A stretch of DNA of 61,941 bases, the filler included, from Eubacteriales bacterium (GTDB taxonomy: Bacteria > Bacillota > Clostridia > Oscillospirales > CAG-382): NCBI GenBank assembly GCA_045636665.1. It is 6 parts of 6 records of this genome, joined end to end, with 100 filler letters (N's around TTAATTAATTAA, not from the genome) between each part and the next. Parts side by side here need not be neighbours in the genome. Positions count along the whole stretch, not along the records: positions 25,790 to 40,085 come from JAZTXY010000128.1; 5 more parts are not named here. One strand, written 5' to 3'. The notes below the pieces were generated by a model that saw only the letters and a program-made list of their open reading frames with translations, did no database searches and was not told the DNA's origin. How positions within the stretch are numbered: the first letter of the stretch is position 1; each line of letters begins with the position of its first letter. The position numbers and the translations under genes were made by a program. Positions 28,224-39,249 of this stretch are shown here, piece after piece.

Positions 28224-30368
28224 ATGGACATAATAGCAAAAATAGCAGAGGAATTAAAAATACGAGTAAAGCAGGTCGAGGCGGCGGTTGCGCTTATCGA
28301 TGAGGGCAATACGATACCCTTTATCGCGCGTTACCGTAAGGAAGCGACAGGCTCGCTTGACGATGAAAAATTGCGCGAGCTTGGCGAAAAGCTTGAATTC
28401 TACCGCGCGCTCGATGCAAGACGCGCAGACGTTCAACGTCTTATCGACGAGCAGGGTAAGCTCACCGAGGAGCTTGTCAACGCTATCGAAAACGCGCAAA
28501 CACTTTCCGAGCTTGAGGATATTTACCGCCCCTACCGTCCCAAGCGCCGCACCCGTGCGAGCATTGCGGCTGAAGCAGGTCTTACGCCTCTTGCCGAGCT
28601 TATGCTTGAGCAGAAAAAGGATATTGATATAGTTGCCGAGGCGGAAAACTATCTCAACCCCGAAAAGAAGATAAATACTGCAACCGACGCGTTGGGCGGC
28701 GCAAAGGATATTATTGCCGAGCGTGTTTCGGATAATGCCGAATTCCGCAAGTGGATACGCGAATTTACCTATCGTTCGGGCAACCTCGTTTCAAAGGCGA
28801 AAACCGAGGAGGACAGTGTTTACCGTCTTTATTACGACTATAACGAGCCGCTTGCCAAAATGCCGTCTCACCGCGTTTTGGCGGTCGACAGAGGCGAAAA
28901 GGAAGGCATCCTTTCGGTTAAGGTCGAGGTTGACAAGCAACAGATTTTCGATTACCTTCGCGGTCAGATGCTTTCTGCGCGTGAATGCTCGAGCACCGAT
29001 TTCGTGCGCGAGGCGACCGACGATGCTTACGAGCGTCTTATCGCACCTTCGGTTCAAACCGAAATGCGTAACACCATAACCGAAAACGCACAAGAGCAGG
29101 CGATTCGCGTTTTTGGTGAAAACCTTAAAAACCTTCTTATGCTTCCTCCCGTACGCGGCAAGGTCGTTATGGGCTTTGACCCTGCATACAGAACCGGCTG
29201 TAAGATTGCAATAGTAAACGACGTCGGCGACGTTTTGGATACCACCGTCGTTTATCCGACACCTCCCCAAAACAAGACCGATGAAGCAAAGGCGAAGCTT
29301 AAATCGCTTATCAACAAGCACAAGGTCGACATTATTTCTATCGGTAACGGCACCGCATCGAAGGAAAGCGAAATTTTCGTTGCCGATATGATCAAGGAAA
29401 TCGACCGTCCCGTCAGCTATATTATGACCAACGAGGCAGGCGCTTCGGTTTATTCTGCGAGCAAGCTTGCGAGTGAGGAATTCCCCCAGTTCGACGTTTC
29501 GCTTCGTAGCGCGGTTTCGATCGCTCGCCGTTTGCAGGATCCGCTTGCGGAATTGGTAAAAATCGACCCCAAAGCTATCGGCGTTGGTCAGTATCAGCAC
29601 GATATGGAGCAAAAGGCGCTCGATTCCTCGCTTTCGGGCGTTGTTGAATCCTGCGTTTCGGGCGTTGGCGCAGACCTTAATACCGCGTCGGTAAGCCTTC
29701 TTTCGCATATTGCGGGTATCAACTCCAAGATTGCAAAAAGCATTTATGAATACAGAACCACAGTTTCGCGCTTTAAAACGAGAAGCGAGCTTTTAAAGGT
29801 AAAGGGCATTGGCGAAAAGGCTTATAAGCAATGCGTCGGGTTCCTGCGTGTGCCCGAAAGCGCCGAGGTTTTGGATAATACCTCGGTCCACCCCGAAAGC
29901 TACGAGGCGGCATATTCGCTCCTTAAGCTGCTCGGATATGGCAGAGAAGACGTTCGCGCACGTAATCTCGGCGAGATTCGTACAAGACTTGAGGAAAAGG
30001 GTGTACAATCGGTCGCTGACGAACTTAATATCGGCGTGCCCACACTTAACGATATCGTTTCCGAGCTTATCAAGCCCGGCCGCGACCCCCGTGACGAGCT
30101 TCCTCCTCAAATCCTCCGTACCGATGCGATGGATATTTCCTCGCTTAAGACGGGTATGGAATTTGTCGGTACCGTCCGTAACGTAGCCGACTTCGGCGCG
30201 TTTGTCGATATCGGCGTGCATCAGGACGGCTTGGTTCACATTTCGAAGCTCAGCAACAAGTTCGTTAAACGCGCAAGCGACGTTGTAAAGGTTGGCGACA
30301 TTATCAAAGTGAGAGTTATCGACGTAGACGTTGCAAAAAAACGCATTTCATTGGAAAAAATTAAATGA
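28224..30368 (+). CDS. tex: Tex family RNA-binding transcriptional accessory protein
   Basis: TIPFIARYRKE, DPAYRTGCK, EAGASVYSAS, IGVGQYQHD, C-terminal S1 domain. Confidence 0.95.
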   Translation: MDIIAKIAEELKIRVKQVEAAVALIDEGNTIPFIARYRKEATGSLDDEKLRELGEKLEFYRALDARRADVQRLIDEQGKLTEELVNAIENAQTLSELEDIYRPYRPKRRTRASIAAEAGLTPLAELMLEQKKDIDIVAEAENYLNPEKKINTATDALGGAKDIIAERVSDNAEFRKWIREFTYRSGNLVSKAKTEEDSVYRLYYDYNEPLAKMPSHRVLAVDRGEKEGILSVKVEVDKQQIFDYLRGQMLSARECSSTDFVREATDDAYERLIAPSVQTEMRNTITENAQEQAIRVFGENLKNLLMLPPVRGKVVMGFDPAYRTGCKIAIVNDVGDVLDTTVVYPTPPQNKTDEAKAKLKSLINKHKVDIISIGNGTASKESEIFVADMIKEIDRPVSYIMTNEAGASVYSASKLASEEFPQFDVSLRSAVSIARRLQDPLAELVKIDPKAIGVGQYQHDMEQKALDSSLSGVVESCVSGVGADLNTASVSLLSHIAGINSKIAKSIYEYRTTVSRFKTRSELLKVKGIGEKAYKQCVGFLRVPESAEVLDNTSVHPESYEAAYSLLKLLGYGREDVRARNLGEIRTRLEEKGVQSVADELNIGVPTLNDIVSELIKPGRDPRDELPPQILRTDAMDISSLKTGMEFVGTVRNVADFGAFVDIGVHQDGLVHISKLSNKFVKRASDVVKVGDIIKVRVIDVDVAKKRISLEKIK

Positions 30369-30370
30369 AA

Positions 30371-30414
30371 TATGCAAGAACCCTATTGAAATCTTGCATA
30401 AAGCATTGTATAAT
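30371..30414 (+). promoter_or_regulatory. gdhA promoter with a 9-bp inverted repeat around the -35 box
   Basis: TTGAAA-17-TATAAT; TATGCAAGA-N12-TCTTGCATA. Confidence 0.65.
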
Positions 30415-30424
30415 AACTCATTAA

Positions 30425-31804
<1,380 letters not shown>

Positions 31805-31808
31805 AACT

Positions 31809-31991
31809 CCCCAAAAATGACAAGCATTTTCGGGGACCCCGAAGGCGCTTCGCTCTCGACACAAAACGCAAGCGTTTTGGTCGGCTTTCGTGATGTTCGT
31901 GCGCTCGCGCCGAATCCGTGCATAAATGTCCGGATTCGCGAACATCTAAGGAATAAAAATCCACGCGCATGTCGCGGATTTTTATGGAATT
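31809..31991. repeat. ~190-bp structured dispersed repeat, copy 2
   Basis: Homologous to 16860-17049; starts a few nt after the gdhA stop. Confidence 0.85.
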
Positions 31992-32235
31992 GATCATAAG
32001 AAGGGTAGCTTAGGCTACCCTTTTGTTGTGGTGGTACACGTTTCTGCAATCTGCATCCACTCTGCTACGCCGTTCGGGTGAAAATTCAATCGGCACAACA
32101 CAGTGGTCGCGGATTTTTATGTGAATCAAATTAAAAAAGGACGTCTTCGGACGTCCTTTTGTTTTTGGGCAGGGAAACAGTGCAAAGCAAAAACGGCTTG
32201 GAAAACCAAGCCGTTTTTTATAAGAGGAGATTACA

Positions 32236-32739
32236 CTAAAGAGAATGTACTCTTTCCTGTATAAGTAATTTTGCGGATATCTTGTCCAATCCGAGTGCGG
32301 CGGCAAGCTCGCCGTAAAGAAGGTCTTCTACCTTCTTAAGAAAGCGTTCGTCGATAGCCGACACCTTCTTTTTTTGTTCGGACAAGAGTTTTTTCTTTTT
32401 GTGGAACGAAACGACAAACTTCATATATTCGTTGCAGTCGTGCGTTTTAATCATTTTGTCGTATTTGTCGGTAAGCTCACGCGGGGAGGTGGATTTTGTA
32501 ATTTCGGGCTCGATCGTTTCAATCGAATCGATAACCGCCTGAGCCTCTTCGCGAGAAAGGATATTACGCATAAAAACAGTTTCGCTGTCTGCGGGGGTGA
32601 AAATCGTACAGCTTTGGTAAATGGGACATAACCTGTAGCAGGTCCGAATTTCGCCTAAAAATTCCCTTTCAACAATTTCCTCGACACGGCAGGTGCCGGA
32701 TTCTCCGTAAAAAATCAAATCGCCTATTGCGAACCTCAT
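32236..32739 (-). CDS. CarD/CdnL family transcriptional regulator
   Basis: MRFAIGDLIFYGESGTCRVEEI N-terminal RID pattern; helical C-terminus ending LYGELAAALG. Confidence 0.85.
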   Translation of the reverse strand: MRFAIGDLIFYGESGTCRVEEIVEREFLGEIRTCYRLCPIYQSCTIFTPADSETVFMRNILSREEAQAVIDSIETIEPEITKSTSPRELTDKYDKMIKTHDCNEYMKFVVSFHKKKKLLSEQKKKVSAIDERFLKKVEDLLYGELAAALGLDKISAKLLIQERVHSL

Positions 32740-32832
32740 ATGAAAATACCTCTCTGGGGAAACAAAAAAGGTCTGTTCTGTTTTCCTACAAAACAAACTC
32801 GCGGATGAAGCGTGAATCTCAGTGTACAAAAC

Positions 32833-32861
32833 AGTATAACACATCTTTTTTATTTTTGCAA
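32833..32861 (-). promoter_or_regulatory. Sigma-A promoter of the CarD-family gene
   Basis: Minus strand TTGCAA-17-TATACT with TG extension. Confidence 0.65.
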
Positions 32862-32945
32862 GCACTTTTTTACTATATTATCATATTTTTTTGTTATTAT
32901 TGTCGATTATTAAACATTAAACCTCCTCAAACGAGGAGGTTTTTG

Positions 32946-33902
32946 CTATTTTATAGGGGTATAGCCGTTTTCGTCGATTATTTTCTGTCCGTCCTCGGAA
33001 AGAATAAAGTCGACAAGCGTATGTACGTTTTCGTTTTGGTTATCCTTGCGGTATACGGCATAAAATTGGTAGATTATCGGATAACTGCCATTGCGGATAT
33101 TCTCCTCGGTCGGCTCGATTCCGTTGACCGAAAGGAGCTTGATTCCGCCGTTTGCGACAACGCCCTCGACGTAAAACCTAAACGAAAAGCCAATAGCACC
33201 GCCGAAGATTCCAAGCGGATTCTTTTTTATCTCGCGGTCGCCCATAAATTTAAGCATAACCGTTTGGCTTCCGCTTCCTTCGGGACGGTCAAGCGGATTG
33301 ATCTCGCGGTCTGCACCGCCGACGTCTGCCCAATTCGTTATTTCGCCTGCATAAATATCCTTTATCTGCGAAACCGTAAGGTTTTCCACGGGGTTGTTTT
33401 CGTTTACGAAGAAAACAAACGCTTCGTATCCGACGGGTACGTAAACCAATTCGACGCCTTGGTCCTTTGCATATTGCTTTTGTTGCTCCGAAGGTGCGGC
33501 GCAAAGGATTAAATCGACCGTTCCGTCGGTAACGCCCTTGTATGCCTCTATCGTGTCGGTGAAGCGAATTGCACTGTCATCGGCATACTTCTTTGCTTCT
33601 GTATCGAACTTGACCGATTCCTGCGGATATACCGAATCGACAATCGACGAATAAACGGGCACCAATGCCGCCGCACCGTCGATGACGGGAATATCTCCGT
33701 CAAGCTCGAAATCCGAATCGACTCGGGTGTATCCTGCGTTAGCATCGAAGGGAAGATAACGCTCGGGCTCGATGATGCGTGTGTCGAAATTGTTTCCGCA
33801 GCGTTGGGTGAAGAGCGCGTAAACACCGCCGTTGAGGCACAAAAATACCGTTGCGGTAAGTATCAGTATAAGTATCTGCCTTGATTTTCTCATTATCACC
33901 AC
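32946..33902 (-). CDS. PstS-like substrate-binding protein
   Basis: IDGAAALVP, EAFVFFVN..NPV.NLT..QI.DIY.G.I.NW, RPEGSGSQ, SVNGIEPT.ENI. Confidence 0.85.
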   Translation of the reverse strand: MVIMRKSRQILILILTATVFLCLNGGVYALFTQRCGNNFDTRIIEPERYLPFDANAGYTRVDSDFELDGDIPVIDGAAALVPVYSSIVDSVYPQESVKFDTEAKKYADDSAIRFTDTIEAYKGVTDGTVDLILCAAPSEQQKQYAKDQGVELVYVPVGYEAFVFFVNENNPVENLTVSQIKDIYAGEITNWADVGGADREINPLDRPEGSGSQTVMLKFMGDREIKKNPLGIFGGAIGFSFRFYVEGVVANGGIKLLSVNGIEPTEENIRNGSYPIIYQFYAVYRKDNQNENVHTLVDFILSEDGQKIIDENGYTPIK

Positions 33903-34036
33903 AGCTCCCTCGAAACGAAATGAATTATCGAGGAGTTTCCGTACATATAAACGGCATAAATCGCGTGGGCGACGGTGAGTAAAACCCCTAACGCGATAAT
34001 AGAATAGAGTATTGTTAGGAATGTTTTTGTTTTCAT
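33896..34036 (-). CDS. Small membrane protein (46 aa)
   Basis: MKTKTFLTILYSIIALGVLL...; packed between neighbours and overlapping the next start. Confidence 0.55.
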   Translation of the reverse strand: MKTKTFLTILYSIIALGVLLTVAHAIYAVYMYGNSSIIHFVSRELW

Positions 34037-34038
34037 AA

Positions 34039-34269
34039 TTACATATTGCTTACCACCTGCGTGGCAAGGTTTTCGATTAAAAGCAGAAACGAAAAGATTG
34101 CCGAAACGACTATTGAAGATGCGATAAGGTTGTCGCGCCAAACCTTTCGGTCGTAGGGGTAATTCTTGTGCTTTATGAACATAATAAGACTTACAATAAA
34201 CCAAATGGCCGGTGCAATGCAGATTATTGCAAAGAATAAAAGAAAAAGTACATACAAAAAATAATTCAT
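34039..34269 (-). CDS. Small two-TM protein
   Basis: GAGGTG RBS; two hydrophobic helices. Confidence 0.6.
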   Translation of the reverse strand: MNYFLYVLFLLFFAIICIAPAIWFIVSLIMFIKHKNYPYDRKVWRDNLIASSIVVSAIFSFLLLIENLATQVVSNM

Positions 34270-34368
34270 ACAGCTTCACCTCGCTATTTGTTTACTTATA
34301 AATTATCGCATCCTGAGCGGAGTAGACGATAAGCGTGATAAAACGGCGAAAAGTATAATAACTATATC

Positions 34369-34434
34369 TCCGTCGGTAACGCCCTTGTATGCCTCTATCG
34401 TGTCGGTGAAGCGCATCGCGTTGCCGTCGGCATA
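34369..34434 (-). pseudogene. Orphan fragment duplicating part of the PstS-like gene
   Basis: 34369-34413 is identical to 33522-33566 (45 bp); adjacent codons YADGNAMRF versus YADDSAIRF. Confidence 0.7.
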
Positions 34435-34509
34435 AATACACCGCTGTAATCATTATAGCGGTAACTGTAGCGGATTCTTTGCATCGTTTAGTTGAAGCAG
34501 AGAGTGCTT

Positions 34510-35181
34510 TTAAACGGTCGCCGCAAGTATTTTCTTTTGCAATGCTTCGCGGATAACGGTGTGGCCCTCGGCGCTGGGGTGCATTCCGTCGATACCGAGC
34601 ATATTGCCCATACTGCCTTTAAATATCGAGCGAAGGTCGAGTATCGCACAGTTTGCAATATGCGCCACCTTTTCGGAAAGGCGGCTGTAATATTCCTGCC
34701 AACGCGCAATGCGGTTAATATCGCCCATCCACTTGATGACGTTTTCATAATTGAGTCCTTTGGTTACCCAATTAATAAAACGCTCGGAATCGATAGGGAC
34801 AAGAGTGCATATCGCAACCTTTGCGCCCTTATTACGCGCATATTCAACCAATTTTAAATAGGTTTCGGTAAATTTATCCTCGGGCGTGTTGGGAAAATAT
34901 TCGCCCTTGGGATTTTCGGCGACGGCAGACCAGTTATAGTTGCAATCGTTTCCGCCGTATTCAAGCAAAACAACGGTGTCCTCGTCGCAATCGTCAAGAG
35001 TAGCCTTCATTATTTCCAAGCCCTGGTCAACGGTCGCGCCCATTTTGCAGTTGTTTTCAACCTCAATGCCGTTTTCTGCCAATTCGTCAAAGCGATAGCC
35101 GAAAAGCTTATAACGCTTTAATTCCTCGTTATACATTACGCCTTTGAGTATCGAATCACCGTAGATTTTAATTTTTTTCAA
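34510..35181 (-). CDS. SGNH/GDSL hydrolase
   Basis: YGDSI, GGNDC, DGMHP. Confidence 0.9.
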   Translation of the reverse strand: MKKIKIYGDSILKGVMYNEELKRYKLFGYRFDELAENGIEVENNCKMGATVDQGLEIMKATLDDCDEDTVVLLEYGGNDCNYNWSAVAENPKGEYFPNTPEDKFTETYLKLVEYARNKGAKVAICTLVPIDSERFINWVTKGLNYENVIKWMGDINRIARWQEYYSRLSEKVAHIANCAILDLRSIFKGSMGNMLGIDGMHPSAEGHTVIREALQKKILAATV

Positions 35182-35372
35182 GTTGCTTCATCCTTTCGGG
35201 TTTTGTGGTCGGGCATATCGCCAAACAGCAACCTTATAATACCCGCAAAATGGTAAAAAGTCCACCTACTCACGAGTGCGCACACCCTCCCGTGTGTGTT
35301 TTTAACAGTAGAGCGATTTTTCTACTACTCTACCAACGGTAGAAAACCTTGGAAAATCAAGGACTTTGCGAC

Positions 35373-35401
35373 TTGACAAGAAAAAAACGATGTGTTATGA
35401 T
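35373..35401 (+). promoter_or_regulatory. Sigma-A promoter of the XRE gene
   Basis: TTGACA-17-TATGAT. Confidence 0.7.
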
Positions 35402-35424
35402 ATAACAAAGGATGTGCTTGTTGA

Positions 35425-36021
35425 ATGACCGATTACAAAAGAATTATAGCAAATAATATTACCGAATTACGCAAGGCTGTTCCGCTTACACAAGCCGAGC
35501 TTGCCGAAAAATTGAACTATTCCGACAAAGCGGTTTCAAAATGGGAGCGTGGCGAATCGATACCCGACGTTGTTGTTTTGAAATCTATTGCCGATATGTT
35601 TGGCGTTACCGTCGACTATCTTTTAGAGGAAGTGCATCCGCTTAAATCGACAGCGCTTAGCGCTCCGCATCAGCTTAAAAAGAACCGTGTGCTTATCGCG
35701 TCCCTTAGCTGTGCGCTCACCTTTTTGATCGCAACCGTCGCATTCGTTTCTCTTTTGCTTGCAACTGAAATAAGCAACGCTTGGCTTGTGTACGTTTACT
35801 GCTTGCCTGTTTGCTCGATCTTGCTTATTGTTTTCAATTCGATATGGGGACGTAAGAAGCTTAACTTCTTTTACATCACCTGCCTCGTTTGGACTCTGCT
35901 TGCGAGCATTTATCTGACTATCGGCGATTTCGGTTATTGGCCTATATTCCTTATTGGCATCCCCGGACAAATCATTATTTTGCTTTGGTCGGGCATCAAG
36001 GCGAAAATTTTCAAGAAATAA
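35425..36021 (+). CDS. XRE-family HTH regulator with C-terminal TM helices
   Basis: LTQAELAEKLNYSDKAVSKWERGESIPD followed by about four hydrophobic segments. Confidence 0.9.
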   Translation: MTDYKRIIANNITELRKAVPLTQAELAEKLNYSDKAVSKWERGESIPDVVVLKSIADMFGVTVDYLLEEVHPLKSTALSAPHQLKKNRVLIASLSCALTFLIATVAFVSLLLATEISNAWLVYVYCLPVCSILLIVFNSIWGRKKLNFFYITCLVWTLLASIYLTIGDFGYWPIFLIGIPGQIIILLWSGIKAKIFKK

Positions 36022-36023
36022 AC

Positions 36024-36060
36024 AAAGGACAGAGAACTTTTTTCGTTCTCTGTCCTTTTT
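36024..36060. terminator. Bidirectional terminator
   Basis: AAAGGACAGAGAAC...GTTCTCTGTCCTTT. Confidence 0.8.
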
Positions 36061-36061
36061 A

Positions 36062-36913
36062 TTATTCTAAATTAAATCTCATCTTAAACGAGGTGAGGGT
36101 GTTTTGCATAAGAATTGCAATCGTCATAGGGCCAACACCGCCGGGAACAGGAGTGATATAGGATGCTTTTTCGGCGCAGGTATCAAACTCAAGGTCGCCG
36201 ACAAGCTTGTCGCCAACGCGGTTTATACCGACGTCGATAAGCACTGCGCCCTCCTTAACCATATCGCCGGTTATCATTTGAGGCTTGCCGACAGCGGCAA
36301 TCAAAATATCGGCGTTACGGGTAAACGAAGCAAGGTCCTTTGTGCGCGAGTGACAAATGGTAACGGTTCCGTTTTCCGCAAGCAAAAGCGCGCCCATGGG
36401 CTTGCCGACGATATTGCTTCTGCCGACAACAACGCAATTCTTGCCCGAAACGTCAACGTTCGATTCCTTAAGCAAACGCATTACGCCTGCGGGGGTGCAG
36501 GGCTGGAATCGGGGTGCGCCCGTGAAAAGCTTACCGACGTTATAAGCGTGGAAAGCGTCGACGTCTTTATCGGGGTGGATTGCCTCGATAACCTTGTCGG
36601 GGTCGATGTGCTTGGGTACGGGCATCTGAACGAGTATGCCATCCACCGATTCGTCTTTATTAAGGAAATCGATAAGCTCAAGCAGCTTTTCTTCGGTTTC
36701 GTCAGCAGAAAGAAGATATTCAAGACTTGTGATGCCAACCGCTTCGCAAGCTCTTTTTTTGTTGCGTACGTAAACTGCGCTTGCAGGGTCGTCGCCTACA
36801 AGGATAACCGCAAGACAAGGAGCGCGCAAGCCGCTTGCGGTAATCGCCTTAATTTCTTCTGCGGTTTCCGCCTTGCATTTTGCGGATATAGCTTTTCCGT
36901 CGATTATGTTCAT
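36062..36913 (-). CDS. folD: Methylene-THF dehydrogenase/cyclohydrolase
   Basis: YVRNK, KDVDAF, PCTPAG, GRSNIVGKP, TPVPGGVGPMT. Confidence 0.96.
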   Translation of the reverse strand: MNIIDGKAISAKCKAETAEEIKAITASGLRAPCLAVILVGDDPASAVYVRNKKRACEAVGITSLEYLLSADETEEKLLELIDFLNKDESVDGILVQMPVPKHIDPDKVIEAIHPDKDVDAFHAYNVGKLFTGAPRFQPCTPAGVMRLLKESNVDVSGKNCVVVGRSNIVGKPMGALLLAENGTVTICHSRTKDLASFTRNADILIAAVGKPQMITGDMVKEGAVLIDVGINRVGDKLVGDLEFDTCAEKASYITPVPGGVGPMTIAILMQNTLTSFKMRFNLE

Positions 36914-36916
36914 TTT

Positions 36917-37969
36917 TTATTCCTCCGTGGGTTCTTCTTCGATATCATCGACGTCGCCGTCGAGCATGTCCTGTTCTTTCAAGGTTTCTTCGTCATCTTC
37001 GTCGATTTCTTCGTTTTCGTCAAGCGCTTCGGCTTCTTCCGATTCAACGTCTTCAACGCTTTGAGCATTTAGCGCATCCTGTTCGTTTGCGAGCGCGATT
37101 TTTATTGTTTCGAACGAGGATTTATATTCCGACATCTCAAGCTTTTCTTCTTTATATCTTCTGTAAAGCACGATTTCGCCGATAATTGCGGCGATAACGC
37201 AGGCGATACCTACGAAAACCGAGAATTTAAGCTCGCCTACAAGATAAAGACTGTCGGCGCGGAGAGTTTCGATATATGCTCTGCCAAGTCCGTACCAGCC
37301 GAGGTAAGCAAAGAAAACCTGACCGTTGAACTTCTTTTTGCGGTAAACGATAAATACGATTATCGCAAGACCGATCAAATTCCAAAGCGATTCATAAAGG
37401 AAGGTCGGGTGTACTGCGGCAGTGCCCAAGCGCTGACCGTCAACGACTACGTTGTCAAGCTCCATTCTCCAAGGAAGCGTATCAACGCCTGCCGACCAGC
37501 CGTATGCTTCGGCGTTTATAAAATTGCCCCATCTGCCGATGATTTGACCGAGCATAACCGCGGGAGCAAGTGCATCGAGCATCGAAAGCGAGCTTGTCTT
37601 TTTGACCTTGTTATAAACAAGCACCGCAATAAGACCGAAAATTATCGCGCCGTATATCGCGATACCGCCGTTGCGGATGTTTACAATGTCCCAAAAGCTT
37701 TTATCTTGAAATTTTTCCCAAGAGGTTATAACGTAGAAGAATCTTGCGCCGATTATTGCAACGGGGAGAACGAGAAGCATAACGTTGAAAATGGAATCGC
37801 CGATAAAGTCCTCTTTTTTGGTCGCAAAGCGGTAAAACATTAAAAAGGCGAGTAAAATGCCGGTCGTGATGATAATTCCGTACCATTTAATTTCGAGTCC
37901 GAAGATTGAAAACGCATTTTCGTCGATGTTAAATTCCCAGCCCAATCCGGGGAATGCAACTCTGTTCAT
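36917..37969 (-). CDS. lgt: Prolipoprotein diacylglyceryl transferase with an acidic C-terminal tail
   Basis: WYG, IIGARFFY, GGIAIYG, GRWGNFINAEAYG, HPTFLYES. Confidence 0.93.
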   Translation of the reverse strand: MNRVAFPGLGWEFNIDENAFSIFGLEIKWYGIIITTGILLAFLMFYRFATKKEDFIGDSIFNVMLLVLPVAIIGARFFYVITSWEKFQDKSFWDIVNIRNGGIAIYGAIIFGLIAVLVYNKVKKTSSLSMLDALAPAVMLGQIIGRWGNFINAEAYGWSAGVDTLPWRMELDNVVVDGQRLGTAAVHPTFLYESLWNLIGLAIIVFIVYRKKKFNGQVFFAYLGWYGLGRAYIETLRADSLYLVGELKFSVFVGIACVIAAIIGEIVLYRRYKEEKLEMSEYKSSFETIKIALANEQDALNAQSVEDVESEEAEALDENEEIDEDDEETLKEQDMLDGDVDDIEEEPTEE

Positions 37970-37974
37970 ATACA

Positions 37975-39249
37975 CTATCCTTTCTTAATTACGCTTATAG
38001 CGAAGTTTGTAAGGTCGATTGATTCAAGCGCCGATTTGATTTCCTCGTAAGTGATTTCACGAAGCACCTTTAAACAATCGAATTCGTCATAATTCAAGTG
38101 AGCGCTTGCCGCCAACGACGAAGTGAAATCCTCGTCTGAATCGAAAACGGTAATGCTTTCGGCATAAGCCGCCTTTTTCTCGCGCAAAACCTGTTCATCT
38201 GTGAAAAACACCTTTTTGCGGTATTCAAGCTCCTTTAATGCAAGCTCTTGAATTTTTTCATATTCGTTTCCGCTTCCCGAAATCACAACGTGCGACGCAT
38301 GGCGCGATTGCGTGTATCCTGCATAAAAGCGTTCGTTCAGCAATCCGTTTTCATAATTGTTGCAGTAAAAATCACTTGCTCTGCCGAAGGTGAGCGAAAT
38401 GGCGATTCTCATCGCAAGCGCTTTGCGGTAGGATTGCAAATCGTCGGTCGAATCGGGCGTGCATTTAATGCCGATGCAGTAAAGCGCGCTTGCGACCGAT
38501 GAATATTCTGTATTTTGCTTTTTTGCGACCGTCAACGGCTCGGATCTAAATATCGTTTCGGGGCGTTTGTCGGATTTGTTGGGGAAATAACGGGTAACCG
38601 CTTCCGTTACTCTTTCAAGGTCGACTATTCCGCAAATACAAAGCGAAAGGTTGTTAGGAACGTAAAAATCGTTATATGCCCTTAAAAGCGTTTCCTTTGT
38701 AATTTCTTCAATGCTTTCAAGCGTACCCGAAACCGGCTTGATTGTCGGGTGAGAGAAATAGAGCGATTTATAAAGATTTCTGGTTACGGTGGATAACGGG
38801 ATATCCTCGTACATCGTTATTTCACGCGCGATAATCTTTCTTTCCTTATCGACCGATTCATCGCTGAAATGAACGCTTGACACGGATTTCAGCAATACAT
38901 CGAGGTTTTCATAAAAATTATCGGTGCAGGAAAAGTAATAGCAGGTGTTTTCAAACGACGTTGCCGCGTTTGCGTTTCCGCCAAATCGGTCGAAATCCAA
39001 AAACAAATCGCTTCCGTCTTCGTTTTCAAACATCTTATGCTCCAAAAAGTGGGCGGTGCCTGCAGGGAGGGTATAGGTTACGTCACCTTTTTTATATTCG
39101 GTGTCCGCTCCGCCGAAATTGCAACAGACCGATGCGTGAAACGACGGCGAAGCTTTTGGAATAACGGTTATTTTAAAGCCGTTATCAAGCTTTTTAAAGT
39201 AATATTTTTCTTTTAGCTCTTTATTTTCAACGGTGATGAAATTATTCAT
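37975..39249 (-). CDS. M16 family metallopeptidase (YmfH-like)
   Basis: PAGTAHFLEHKMF (HxxEH), NAATSF, KERKIIAREI. Confidence 0.9.
   Translation of the reverse strand: MNNFITVENKELKEKYYFKKLDNGFKITVIPKASPSFHASVCCNFGGADTEYKKGDVTYTLPAGTAHFLEHKMFENEDGSDLFLDFDRFGGNANAATSFENTCYYFSCTDNFYENLDVLLKSVSSVHFSDESVDKERKIIAREITMYEDIPLSTVTRNLYKSLYFSHPTIKPVSGTLESIEEITKETLLRAYNDFYVPNNLSLCICGIVDLERVTEAVTRYFPNKSDKRPETIFRSEPLTVAKKQNTEYSSVASALYCIGIKCTPDSTDDLQSYRKALAMRIAISLTFGRASDFYCNNYENGLLNERFYAGYTQSRHASHVVISGSGNEYEKIQELALKELEYRKKVFFTDEQVLREKKAAYAESITVFDSDEDFTSSLAASAHLNYDEFDCLKVLREITYEEIKSALESIDLTNFAISVIKKG

Noticed and set aside
32810..32825. TPP riboswitch suggested by CTGAGA on the minus strand
   Set aside because: The other TPP aptamer elements are missing and the downstream gene is unrelated to thiamine.
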